Source of the DNA: a bacterium
Lineage (GTDB): Bacteria > Bacillota > Clostridia > Lachnospirales > Lachnospiraceae
NCBI GenBank assembly: GCA_963593905.1
Contig: CAVBBL010000006.1
Location: 6,139-70,138 of the forward strand
Direction: 5' to 3'
DNA: 64,000 nucleotides
Made by a program: the position numbers and the translations under genes. Each line of letters begins with the position of its first letter. Position 1 is the first letter of the stretch. This document shows positions 25,098 to 33,175 of this stretch, piece after piece. The notes under the pieces are model-generated. The model was not told the origin of the DNA. It worked only from the letters and a program-made list of their open reading frames with translations, and made no database searches.

Positions 25098-25170
25098 TGA
25101 GACATGGGGGATTCGAACCCCCGACAACTTGATTAAAAGTCAAGTGCTCTACCGACTGAGCTAATGTCCC
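25098..25170 (-). tRNA. tRNA-Lys (anticodon UUU)
   Basis: The sequence reads GGGACATTAGCTCAGTCGGTAGAGCA, anticodon arm CTTGA-CTTTTAA-TCAAG, then GGTTCGAATCC. Confidence 0.9.
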
Positions 25171-25175
25171 ATAAG

Positions 25176-25247
25176 CTGGGCTAGTTGGATTCGAACCAAC
25201 GCGTGCAGCAGTCAAAGTGCTGTGCCTTACCGCTTGGCGATAGCCCA
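25176..25247 (-). tRNA. tRNA-Gln (anticodon UUG)
   Basis: The sequence reads TGGGCTATCGCCAAGCGGTAAGGCA, anticodon arm CAGCA-CTTTGAC-TGCTG, then GGTTCGAATCC. Confidence 0.9.
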
Positions 25248-25304
25248 ATGACCTTCCCTAAGGGGTTGAGCGCTTGGCAAAGGACTCGTCCTTCCAGTGC
25301 TTAG

Positions 25305-25379
25305 GGTGGGTAATGGGACTCGAACCCATGCTCTCCAGAACCACAATCTGGCGCGTTAACCAACTACGCTATACCCACC
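25305..25379 (-). tRNA. tRNA-His (anticodon GUG) with encoded G-1
   Basis: The 5' end is G-GTGGGTA. The anticodon arm is CCAGA-TTGTGGT-TCTGG. The T arm is GGTTCGAGTCC. The discriminator is C. Confidence 0.9.
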
Positions 25380-25416
25380 ATGTGCTGTTCTACAGCTAGC
25401 AGAACTCTCTGCTGAG

Positions 25417-25490
25417 TGTGCCCGTGGGGATTCGAACCCCAGACCCTCGGCTTAGAAGGCCGATGCTCTATCCAGCTGAGCTACGGACAC
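25417..25490 (-). tRNA. tRNA-Arg (anticodon UCU)
   Basis: The sequence reads GTGTCCGTAGCTCAGCTGGATAGAGCA, anticodon arm TCGGC-CTTCTAA-GCCGA, then GGTTCGAATCC. Confidence 0.9.
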
Positions 25491-25514
25491 AAAATCATCT
25501 GATAAACAGATGAG

Positions 25515-25585
25515 AGCGGGTGATGGGAATCGAACCCACGTATCCAGCTTGGAAGGCTGGTGTTCTACCATTGAACTACACCCGC
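25515..25585 (-). tRNA. tRNA-Gly (anticodon UCC)
   Basis: The sequence reads GCGGGTGTAGTTCAATGGTAGAACA, anticodon arm CCAGC-CTTCCAA-GCTGG, then GGTTCGATTCC. Confidence 0.9.
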
Positions 25586-25608
25586 ATCTGCTAAAAAAAG
25601 ATGTGAGA

Positions 25609-25683
25609 TCGGGGTGACAGGATTCGAACCTGCGACCTCCTGGTCCCAAACCAGGCGCTCTAGCCAAACTGAGCCACACCCCG
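25609..25683 (-). tRNA. tRNA-Pro (anticodon UGG)
   Basis: The sequence reads CGGGGTGTGGCTCAGTTTGGCTAGAGCG, anticodon arm CCTGG-TTTGGGA-CCAGG, then GGTTCGAATCC. Confidence 0.9.
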
Positions 25684-25714
25684 GTATGCGCATCTCTTTC
25701 GTGACGCAAGCATT

Positions 25715-25743
25715 ATTATATAGTAACCAATCTGGCCTGTCAA
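25715..25743 (-). promoter_or_regulatory. Consensus sigma-A promoter of the tRNA cluster (TTGACA-17-TATAAT)
   Basis: On the minus strand TTGACA is at 25743..25738 and TATAAT at 25720..25715. The spacer is exactly 17 nt. A T-rich UP-like tract lies upstream. It sits about 30 nt before tRNA-Pro. Confidence 0.65.
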
Positions 25744-25949
25744 CAAAAAAATAAAATTTCTCTGTCAGGTCGCAACACTGTTGTGTAGGTTTTGAGAGCC
25801 GTCCCGATACAGATGCCGACCACAGAAGAAAATTTCCCGTCGTCATCTGTACTGGAACCTGCTGAACTGCCGGCATCTGTATCGAGACCTGCCGAACTGC
25901 CGCATTGGCACATTATTTATACTAAGAAAACGCTTTTATCAGCGTTCCC

Positions 25950-26972
25950 CTAGGAATCAGCCTCCATCTTCCCCACAGACTTTCCCTCATAAAGACTGCC
26001 GCTGACGATGACCTGCTCCACCAATGTCGTGCGGGGCCGCTCAATCTGATCGATCAGGCGCTCTGCTGCGATGCGCCCCATCCCTTCCACATCCTGCCGG
26101 ATGGTCGTAAGCTGCGGTTCGATGTGTCTGGCTATGCGAATCCCGTCATATCCTGCTATGGAGATATCGCCGGGAATGGAAAGTCCGCGCTCATTGATGG
26201 CGTTGACACCTCCAAAGGCGGAAAAATCATCGGGATAAAGAATACAGGTGGGCGGTGTGGCAAGATCCAGAAGCTCCAGCGTTCTCTGATAAGTCTCCTT
26301 GGTATCCCTGTAGGGTGCCTCTCTGATATATTCATCCGGAATAGTCAATCCCAACTCCGACATCGTCCTGTAAAAACTGGAGAGCCGTGACTGCGTAACC
26401 GCAGAATCCAGGCCGTGAATAAAAGCGATTCGCCGATGCCCGCATTCATAAATGTAGTTCACCAGGTCTCTGATACCGCCTACATTATCAGAAAGCACCG
26501 TGGTGCGATTATTAAACATGTGATCGACTGTCACCACCGGCATGTCGCTGCGCACCAGCTCTATGACCTCCGGATCATAAAAGTCCGTGCAGACAATTGC
26601 CACCCCATCAAAACCTCTGTATCTGGCATGCGCTAAATAGGACATACGGTTTCGTCTGGTCTTACAGGTGTTGATAAAGGTGATATCAAAGCCCTTTTCC
26701 TCTGCTGTGCGTTTGAAACTATTCAATATAGCTGCATAGAAGTCATGGGTCAGGCCGCTCTTCGCCTCATCGGCAAAAAGCACTCCCAGGCTGTAGGTAC
26801 GGTTTGTCTTTAACGCCTTGGCAGCGGAATTGGGAAAATAGCCCAGTTCCCCGGCCACCCGTTTGATCCTGTCCTTCGTCTCCTGTCCTATATCATTATG
26901 ATCATTCAATGCTTTGCTCACTGTAGCCACAGAAACCCCGCATACAGCCGCAATATCCTTCAGCGATACCAT
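25950..26972 (-). CDS. LacI-family transcriptional regulator
   Basis: The N-terminal HTH is MVSLKDIAAVCGVSVATVSKALN. A periplasmic-binding-fold sugar sensor domain follows. Confidence 0.9.
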   Translation of the reverse strand: MVSLKDIAAVCGVSVATVSKALNDHNDIGQETKDRIKRVAGELGYFPNSAAKALKTNRTYSLGVLFADEAKSGLTHDFYAAILNSFKRTAEEKGFDITFINTCKTRRNRMSYLAHARYRGFDGVAIVCTDFYDPEVIELVRSDMPVVTVDHMFNNRTTVLSDNVGGIRDLVNYIYECGHRRIAFIHGLDSAVTQSRLSSFYRTMSELGLTIPDEYIREAPYRDTKETYQRTLELLDLATPPTCILYPDDFSAFGGVNAINERGLSIPGDISIAGYDGIRIARHIEPQLTTIRQDVEGMGRIAAERLIDQIERPRTTLVEQVIVSGSLYEGKSVGKMEADS

Positions 26973-27069
26973 CTTTCAACCTTCCCTCTATGACGCAGCC
27001 CGCTATTTCTTCCGGGCTTTCTTCGCACAGACAATCATCCCCCATTCGTCTGTTGCAGAGTTTTCCTCT

Positions 27070-27082
27070 CTTAATCGTTTAC
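27070..27082. promoter_or_regulatory. Candidate LacI-type operator half-palindrome, copy 1 (CTTAATCGTTTAC)
   Basis: It is identical to the 13-mer at 27287. It has a central CG with a GTAAACG-type right half. It lies in the lacI-cbp divergent region. Confidence 0.35.
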
Positions 27083-27231
27083 GTATTCTTAGCATATACC
27101 ATTTCTGTGCCATTTGCAAGTCAACGTCTTTTTTCCTTGTGCAATTTGCCCATTATTACGAAAGCTGTTATGTTTTTTCGTGCAAAGCACACAGCCGTAT
27201 TTTCCCATCTTCCCGGATTTCCAGTTTAATA

Positions 27232-27261
27232 TTGCTTTTTCATATTTTGCATGTATATAAT
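27232..27261 (+). promoter_or_regulatory. Candidate promoter for the cellobiose phosphorylase gene (TTGCTT-18-TATAAT)
   Basis: The -35 is at 27232..27237 and the -10 TATAAT at 27256..27261. Confidence 0.4.
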
Positions 27262-27286
27262 GAAGATAAGCTCGCAGACTGCGTTA

Positions 27287-27299
27287 CTTAATCGTTTAC
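27287..27299. promoter_or_regulatory. Candidate LacI-type operator, copy 2 (CTTAATCGTTTAC)
   Basis: It lies 26 nt downstream of the candidate -10, which is a roadblock position. Confidence 0.35.
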
Positions 27300-27396
27300 T
27301 ACAGTCTCGGGTCAATCCTGTGAAAAAGAACAATCGAAAGCACACATCACCAAAACACCAGCGTAAACATGACATGATGAAAAGAAAGGAAAGCGT

Positions 27397-29832
27397 ATGA
27401 AATTCGGATTTTTTGACGACGCCAATCAGGAATATGTCATCACTACACCCAAGACCCCGCTGCCCTGGATCAACTATCTGGGCAACAAGGACTTTTTCAG
27501 TCTGATTTCCAACACATGCGGCGGCTACACCTTTTATAAGGATGCCAAGCTCCTGCGTTTGACCAGATATCGCTACAACAATGTTCCCTATGACAATAAC
27601 GGCAAGTATTTCTATATCAAAGACGGCGATACCATCTGGAATCCCGGCTGGCAGCCCACCCACACAGAGCTTGACAGCTATGAGTGCCGCCACGGTCTTG
27701 GCTACAGCCGTTTCACCGGCAGCAAGAACGGCATTAAGGCACAGGCCCTCTATTTCGTGCCCATGAACGACACCTGCGAAGTAGAGCAGGTAAAGCTCAC
27801 CAATGAGACCGATGAGACAAAGAATATCCAGCTCTTCTCTTATGTAGAGTGGTGCCTGTGGAACGCAGACGATGATATGAAAAACTTCCAGCGTAATCTT
27901 TCCACCGGCGAGGTAGAGATCGTAGATTCCACCATCTTCCACAAGACCGAGTACAGAGAGCGCCGCAATCACTATGCCCTTTATTCTGTCAACACCAAGG
28001 TAGACGGCTACGATACCAGCCGTCAGGACTTCATCGGCATGTACGAAGGTCCGGACCGCCCTGTGGCTGTCGTAAACGGTGCCTGCACCAATTCCGTAGC
28101 CAGCGGCTGGTTCCCGATTGCTTCCCATCAGCTCAATGTCACTCTGGCTCCCGGAGAGACCAAATCCTTTATCTTCGTTCTGGGCTATATCGAAAACCCC
28201 GAAGAGGAAAAGTGGGAAAGCAAGGCAGTGATCAACAAGACCAGAGCATGGGCTATGCTAGATCGCTACAAGACCGACGAACAGGTAGAGGCTGCATTTA
28301 CAGAGCTGCATGACTACTGGAAGGCCCTCCTTGCCAAGTACACCATCCACTCCTCCAACACGGAGGTGGACCGCATGGTCAACACCTGGAATCAGTACCA
28401 GTGCATGGTTACCTTCAATATGAGCCGCAGCGCTTCCTACTACGAGTCCGGCATCGGCCGCGGCATGGGCTTTAGAGATTCCTGCCAGGATCTTTTGGGC
28501 TTCGTGCATCTGATCCCGGATCGCGCCAGAGAGAGAATCATCGATATCGCTTCCACCCAGTTCCAGAACGGCAGCGCTTATCACCAGTATCAGCCTCTGA
28601 CCAAGAAGGGCAATGCCGACATCGGCAGCGGCTTTAACGATGATCCGCTGTGGCTGATCGCAGGCACCAGCGCATACATCAAGGAGACCGGCGACCTGAG
28701 CATTCTGGATGAGTCCGTTCCCTTTGATAATGATGAGTCCGTAGCACAGCCCCTTATGGAGCACTTAAAGCGTTCTCTGGACTTCATCATTAACAACAAA
28801 GGCCCTCACGGTCTTCCTCTGATCGGCCGTGCCGACTGGAATGACTGCCTGAATCTGAACTGCTTCTCCGCCCATCCCGGTGAGTCCTTCCAGACCTTTG
28901 GTCCCAGCGAAGGTCCGGTAGCAGAATCTGTCTTCATTGCCGGCATGTTTGTAAAATACGGCGAAGAGTATGCACAGCTTTGCGAATTAAAGGGCGATGC
29001 AGCGGAGGCAGCCCGTGCCCGTGAAGAGGTACAGAAGGTATACGATGCTGTCCTTAAGGACGGCTGGGACGGCGAGTGGTTCGTCCGCGCTTATGATGCC
29101 CACGGTGACAAGGTCGGTTCCAAGGAATGCGAGGAAGGTCAGATCTACATCGAGCCCCAGGGCTTCTGCGTGCTGGCAGGCATCGGTGTCAAGGAAGGTC
29201 TGGCAGACAAGGCACTGGCTTCCGTCAAGGAGCGTCTGGACACCAAGTACGGCGTCATGATCCTGCAGCCTGCTTATACCCGTTATCACTTAGAGCTTGG
29301 CGAAATCAGCTCCTATCCCCCGGGATACAAGGAAAACGCCGGCATTTTCTGCCACAACAATCCCTGGATCTCCATCGCAGAGACTGTATGCGGCCACGGC
29401 GATCGTGCTTTTGAAGTCTATAAAAAGACTTGCCCCGCTTACATCGAAGACATCAGCGAGATTCACTGCACAGAGCCCTATGTATATTCTCAGATGGTGG
29501 CAGGCCGGGATGCAAAATTCCACGGTCAGGGCAAGAACAGCTGGCTGACCGGTACCGCTGCATGGACTTTTGTGAATGTTTCTCAGTACATTCTGGGCAT
29601 TCAGGCTACCCATAAGGGTCTGTCCGTAGATCCCTGCACCCCTAAGGACTTCGGTGACTTCACCATCAACCGTACCTACCGGGATGCTGTCTACCACATC
29701 TCCGTTTCCAATCCTGACCATGTAGAGAAGGGTGTACGCTCCCTGACGGTGGACGGTCAGGCTGTAGAGGGCAATGTAATCCCTTATGTAGAAGGCAAGA
29801 AGGAATACAATGTAGAGGTTGTAATGGGCTGA
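27397..29832 (+). CDS. GH94 cellobiose phosphorylase
   Basis: It is 811 aa. The N-terminus [29 protein letters not shown] and the length match the cellobiose phosphorylases I recall from Clostridium thermocellum and relatives. Confidence 0.85.
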
Positions 29833-29896
29833 TATCCCCTGGATTGATATATCCCAGACTGATATATTCTGGACTGATATATTCTGGACTGATACA
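29829..29896. repeat. 15-bp tandem repeat (CTGATATATTCTGGA-like) x4.5 starting at the cbp stop codon
   Basis: The units read ctgatatcccctgga, ttgatatatcccaga, ctgatatattctgga, ctgatatattctgga and ctgataca. Confidence 0.8.
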
Positions 29897-29924
29897 ACAA
29901 ATACACACTCGCAGTAAGCAAAAC

Positions 29925-29963
29925 ATCCCCCTGTACTTGCAGTACAGGGGGATATTTTTATTT
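29925..29963 (+). terminator. Terminator after cellobiose phosphorylase
   Basis: ATCCCCCTGTACT-tgc-AGTACAGGGGGAT is followed by ATTTTTATTT. Confidence 0.75.
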
Positions 29964-30082
29964 GTAATCCGACTATTTTTTCTGTAAAAAATGGCTGCCT
30001 ACTCATATTTGGAAAAAAACAAGGTCATAACTTCTCATGAGAGCACTCTCTCGTCGGCGTATTTGACCTTTTGCCTCTGGTA

Positions 30083-30871
30083 TCATTTCATAAGATGCAA
30101 CTTGTGCAGCACCTTGCGCCGCAAGATATCCAATCTGCCCAGAGTCATATTATAGCGAACGCCTACATTTCCGCCGTATTTATCCTTGTTGCAGAAAATA
30201 GCGCTGGTGGTCTCTCCCTCTTTCAAAAGTTCCTCGATAGCGATCAGTTCCGGTCCCACATAGCGCAGCGTATATTCCTCTCCATAATGATAAAAGAACG
30301 CATTTTCCATAGATTCATCATGCCACAGGGCGATGATTCCATTCCGCAGATCCGCCTCCGTACGATCCCGCAAATCTCTGGACATGCGCAGGAAGGGCTC
30401 CGTTCTTCCCACGATAAAGCGGCTGGAGAGATATTTTTCTGCTTTCGTGCCGTAGGGAATATAGGCCGTGGATGCCTCTCTTCTCTCAAAGGGCATCTGC
30501 TCCGGGTCATCTCCCTCGGCTGTGGCAGTCCACAGCGTAAAGTCTGCCCCTTCAAAGGCAGCAGAGGGAATCGGCCGCAGGAACTGCATATTGGCATTTA
30601 AGAGAATCAGATAATCGTATTTCGTCAAAATATCCTGCAGGCCGCAGATACGCACCCATTTCTGCAATACATCATACGGCCAGCCCATCTTTTTGGCGTA
30701 GCAGGGATAGACATGTGCCTGCTTACCCTCCAGAATCTCCTTATCTTCTGTAAATACATAATAATCCTTCTGCGCATCCGGCAGAAAATACTTCTCCGCG
30801 CTGTCATGGAATTGCTTCCAGAAGATACTGTAGGTGCCGGTACAATTGTAAATAATAGCATATTTTGTCAT
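30083..30871 (-). CDS. Bacterial GT6-family glycosyltransferase (histo-blood-group A/B transferase family), NXN variant
   Basis: Family motifs are present:
- YAIIYNCTGTYSIFWKQF
- YYVFT
- MGWPYDVL
- DYLILLNANMQF, with NAN at 30590..30598 replacing the eukaryotic DXD
- ERREASTAYIP
- ALWHDESMEN at 30311..30325

Alternative starts are at 30877 and 30883. Confidence 0.8.
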   Translation of the reverse strand: MTKYAIIYNCTGTYSIFWKQFHDSAEKYFLPDAQKDYYVFTEDKEILEGKQAHVYPCYAKKMGWPYDVLQKWVRICGLQDILTKYDYLILLNANMQFLRPIPSAAFEGADFTLWTATAEGDDPEQMPFERREASTAYIPYGTKAEKYLSSRFIVGRTEPFLRMSRDLRDRTEADLRNGIIALWHDESMENAFFYHYGEEYTLRYVGPELIAIEELLKEGETTSAIFCNKDKYGGNVGVRYNMTLGRLDILRRKVLHKLHLMK

Positions 30872-30904
30872 ATCCATCCCCATTCCGCAGACATACCTCT
30901 TTCC

Positions 30905-31537
30905 TTAGCTCTCAATATGCACAGCCATGCCGCTGACCCTGGCCTCGATGGCCAGCTCTGTGCGGCTGGCACAGCCCGATTTTTCCATCATATGGCGGAT
31001 ATGCTGCTTCACCGTATTTTCAGAGATACCCAGTTCTTCGGCAATGGCAGCATTGGTAGCGCCCGTCGTCATGATCCGCAGCACTTCCATCTCCCGGTCG
31101 GTAAACTCCTCGCTGTCCGCCAATCCCAGCTGTACTTTCGGCGCACTGTCCGGATAGACCGATTCACCGGCCATAGTGCGATCCATCACTTCCAGAATCG
31201 TATTCTGAGAAGCCTCCTTGTACCAGAAGCTGTCAATGCCAATCTCCCTGGCTCTTTTCAGCCAGGATGCCTCCGGCATGGAAGTGACGGCGATAATCTT
31301 GATCCGGGGTGCTGCCTTTTTGATCTTGGCGGCAGCCTCCAGTCCATTAGAACCATCCTTCATAAGAATATCCATCAATACCAGATCCACTGACACCTTG
31401 CCCACTAACGTATCCGCCAGGGAGGCTGACTCCACCGACTGCACTAACTCATACCGGTCCGTGGAGCGGATATACATTTCAAACAGTGATCTGGCCACAA
31501 ATTGGTCATCTACAATCATTACCTTTACTTTTTTCAT
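30905..31537 (-). CDS. NarL/FixJ-family response regulator (REC + LuxR-type HTH)
   Basis: MKKVKVMIVDDQ is present, with the phospho-acceptor region DLVLMDILM. The HTH is REMEVLRIMTTGATNAAIAEELGISENTVKQHIRHM. The ORF track start at 31621 is an extension through a repeat. Confidence 0.9.
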   Translation of the reverse strand: MKKVKVMIVDDQFVARSLFEMYIRSTDRYELVQSVESASLADTLVGKVSVDLVLMDILMKDGSNGLEAAAKIKKAAPRIKIIAVTSMPEASWLKRAREIGIDSFWYKEASQNTILEVMDRTMAGESVYPDSAPKVQLGLADSEEFTDREMEVLRIMTTGATNAAIAEELGISENTVKQHIRHMMEKSGCASRTELAIEARVSGMAVHIES

Positions 31538-31602
31538 AATTATCCCTTTCGCGCAGGCGATTCCTCCGATGTGATCTGCAAGGATACCGTAGGTATCCTC
31601 AT
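31538..31602. repeat. Degenerate partial copy of the 136-nt hairpin element (hp3+hp4 modules)
   Basis: The minus sense reads GGATACC-tac-GGTATCC ... GGAGGAATCGCC-tgc-GCGAAAGGG then ATAATTATG. Confidence 0.6.
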
Positions 31603-33003
31603 TTATTCTACGGGAAAGCAAAGCTTTAGGAGAAACATCGGACTGCTCTCAATGTGCATCTCCACCCCCTGCTGCCCTGCCAGTCTGCGCAGATTGCCAA
31701 GTCCCCCGGTCTCTCGTATATTTTCTCCCGGCGGTACTCCGTTATTATAAACCGTAACCTCTACTCTGTCAGAATCTTTTTTCCCATTTCTTTCCCAGGC
31801 ACAGACATAGAGTATATCTCCCCGGCCGTGCTTCACCGTATTGGTCAGACATTCCTGCAAAGCAATACAGAGCACATTTTCCTCGGGATCTCTTTTTTCT
31901 GTCAGTTTTTCTATTAAGGAACTGGAACTGAAAGCTTCTTTTTCACCTGTTTTCTCCCCTTCCGATTCCTCTTTGGGTGCCTTTGGATCTCCTCCCAGCA
32001 CCACCTGCACCTGTAAAGCCTTGGCCTTTTTTAAGAAATCCTGCCAGAATGTCGTGGTGGTCTCTGTCGATTCCTCCGCCTCTCGTTTCATAACCCGCAC
32101 GATATAATCCCACAATGCCAGCATCTCGCGAGGATGTCGTTCCTTAGGGGATTGACTTTGATAAAGCCGATAGGACAACAGTGCATGCCCCACTTCATCG
32201 TGAATGCGAATCTTGGCCCGGAGGATTTCATCCTCTCTGGTAACCAGATTGATTTCCCTGTTAAGCTTATGCAATCTTTGATTTAATTTCTGCTGGCGTC
32301 TGCTGTCCTCTGCCAGCTCCTCTCCCAGCCGGTATTGCTCTGTGATATTGTAAGCCAGAATCTCCCATCTGCCATCCCTATCTTTCAGCTGCGTACGTCT
32401 GAAGTCCCAAACAGTTCCATCAGATAGATGAACCTCTGCGGGATTCGAGATAGATTTTAAATCATTCCAGAATCGATTGGCATTTAGAATCTCCGTACCA
32501 AAAAGTGATGCACAGAGTCTGTCCATCTGCGCGTTAACCAAAAGTGGGAGACCGTCCGCGGCCCCATAACAGATTCCCACCGGCATATAATCCATATTTT
32601 CCTTGATGGCACCGGGCGTCAAATGGCTTCTTTTTTCCCTTTGAAGACGTCTTCGAAGCAGATACAGACTGACACTGATCAGCACCAGAATCAAAAGCAG
32701 CAAAAAGACCGGAATCCTCTCCAGCAAGGGAGATAAAAGCCGATTGACCTCCACAAGCTGTTTCGAGCTCGGTACGGAGGAATCTGCGCTCTCTATCCGG
32801 ATCATATAGAAGTTCATCTCCTCCGTCATCGCCTGCAGAATACACAGACTTCCTGTGAAGAGAAGGAGCGTCTCTGCCCCAATGCAAAAGAGACGCTCCA
32901 TCCATGCATTGATCAGTAAATACAGCAATAATGATGTAACAAAAGCATAGGCTGCCCCCAGAATGCATTGTCCGTTATAGGGAAGCATTGCAAAACTAAT
33001 CAT
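31603..33003 (-). CDS. HisKA_3-type sensor histidine kinase
   Basis: The start is MISFAMLPYNG at 33003. It has TM helices, the H-box RAKIRIHDEVGHALL, the N-box ECLTNTVKH, G1 VYNNG and G2 GGLGNL. The ORF track start at 33129 is an extension through the repeat. Confidence 0.85.
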   Translation of the reverse strand: MISFAMLPYNGQCILGAAYAFVTSLLLYLLINAWMERLFCIGAETLLLFTGSLCILQAMTEEMNFYMIRIESADSSVPSSKQLVEVNRLLSPLLERIPVFLLLLILVLISVSLYLLRRRLQREKRSHLTPGAIKENMDYMPVGICYGAADGLPLLVNAQMDRLCASLFGTEILNANRFWNDLKSISNPAEVHLSDGTVWDFRRTQLKDRDGRWEILAYNITEQYRLGEELAEDSRRQQKLNQRLHKLNREINLVTREDEILRAKIRIHDEVGHALLSYRLYQSQSPKERHPREMLALWDYIVRVMKREAEESTETTTTFWQDFLKKAKALQVQVVLGGDPKAPKEESEGEKTGEKEAFSSSSLIEKLTEKRDPEENVLCIALQECLTNTVKHGRGDILYVCAWERNGKKDSDRVEVTVYNNGVPPGENIRETGGLGNLRRLAGQQGVEMHIESSPMFLLKLCFPVE

Positions 33004-33175
33004 AATTACCTCTTTAAGCCGCAGCTTGCTGCGGCTGCGTGAGGAGAATTTCGCGAAGGCGAATTCTCCGATACGATCTGCCAGGATGCCGCAGGCATCC
33101 TTATAATGACAGAAAATGACATCAGTCATTTGCTGTCATTTTCCCTCTTTAAGCCGCAGCTTGCTGCGGCTGTTT
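33004..33175. repeat. 136-nt four-hairpin modular repeat, 1.3 units, between the two kinase genes
   Basis: In minus sense the modules are:
- hp1 GCCGCAGC-aa-GCTGCGGC
- AAAGAGGG
- hp2 AATGACAGCAAATGAC-tgat-GTCATTTTCTGTCATT
- hp3 GGATGCC-tgc-GGCATCC
- hp4 GGAGAATTCGC-cttc-GCGAAATTCTCC
- hp1 again
- TTAAAGAGGTAATTATG (SD and start). Confidence 0.85.

Noticed and set aside
25248-25304. Possible eighth tRNA in the 57-nt spacer between tRNA-Gln and tRNA-His
   Set aside because: It has no acceptor or T-arm (GTTCGAATC-type) features, so I treat it as an inter-tRNA spacer.
27226-30006. Long minus-strand ORFs (27226..28128, 28258..28764, 29290..30006) opposite the cellobiose phosphorylase gene
   Set aside because: They are antisense to a full-length, family-typical 811-aa GH94 protein. 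Their translations have no motifs or start signals. The same reasoning applies to 3634..4344, 16773..17558, 34939..35685, 35692..36141, 37075..37899, 48067..48897 and 48923..49642.
31538-33129. N-terminal extensions of ORF-track genes through the hairpin repeat (31603..33129, 30905..31621, 39105..41225), giving similar peptides such as GILADRIGEFAFAKF, GILADHIGGIACAKG and SENSPSRNSPHIAA
   Set aside because: The similarity comes from translating the same DNA repeat in different frames. Good SD-plus-ATG sites (33003, 31537, 41105) lie right after the repeat and give family-typical N-termini.
33105-33140. Five-codon mini-ORFs (MTAND, MTEND, MTKNV) after AAAGAGGG inside hairpin hp2 of each repeat unit, as possible leader peptides
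   Set aside because: The ATG and TGA are forced by the palindrome ATGAC..TGAT..GTCAT. SD spacing is only 3-4 nt, and the peptide sequence is not conserved. I keep this only as a remote possibility.
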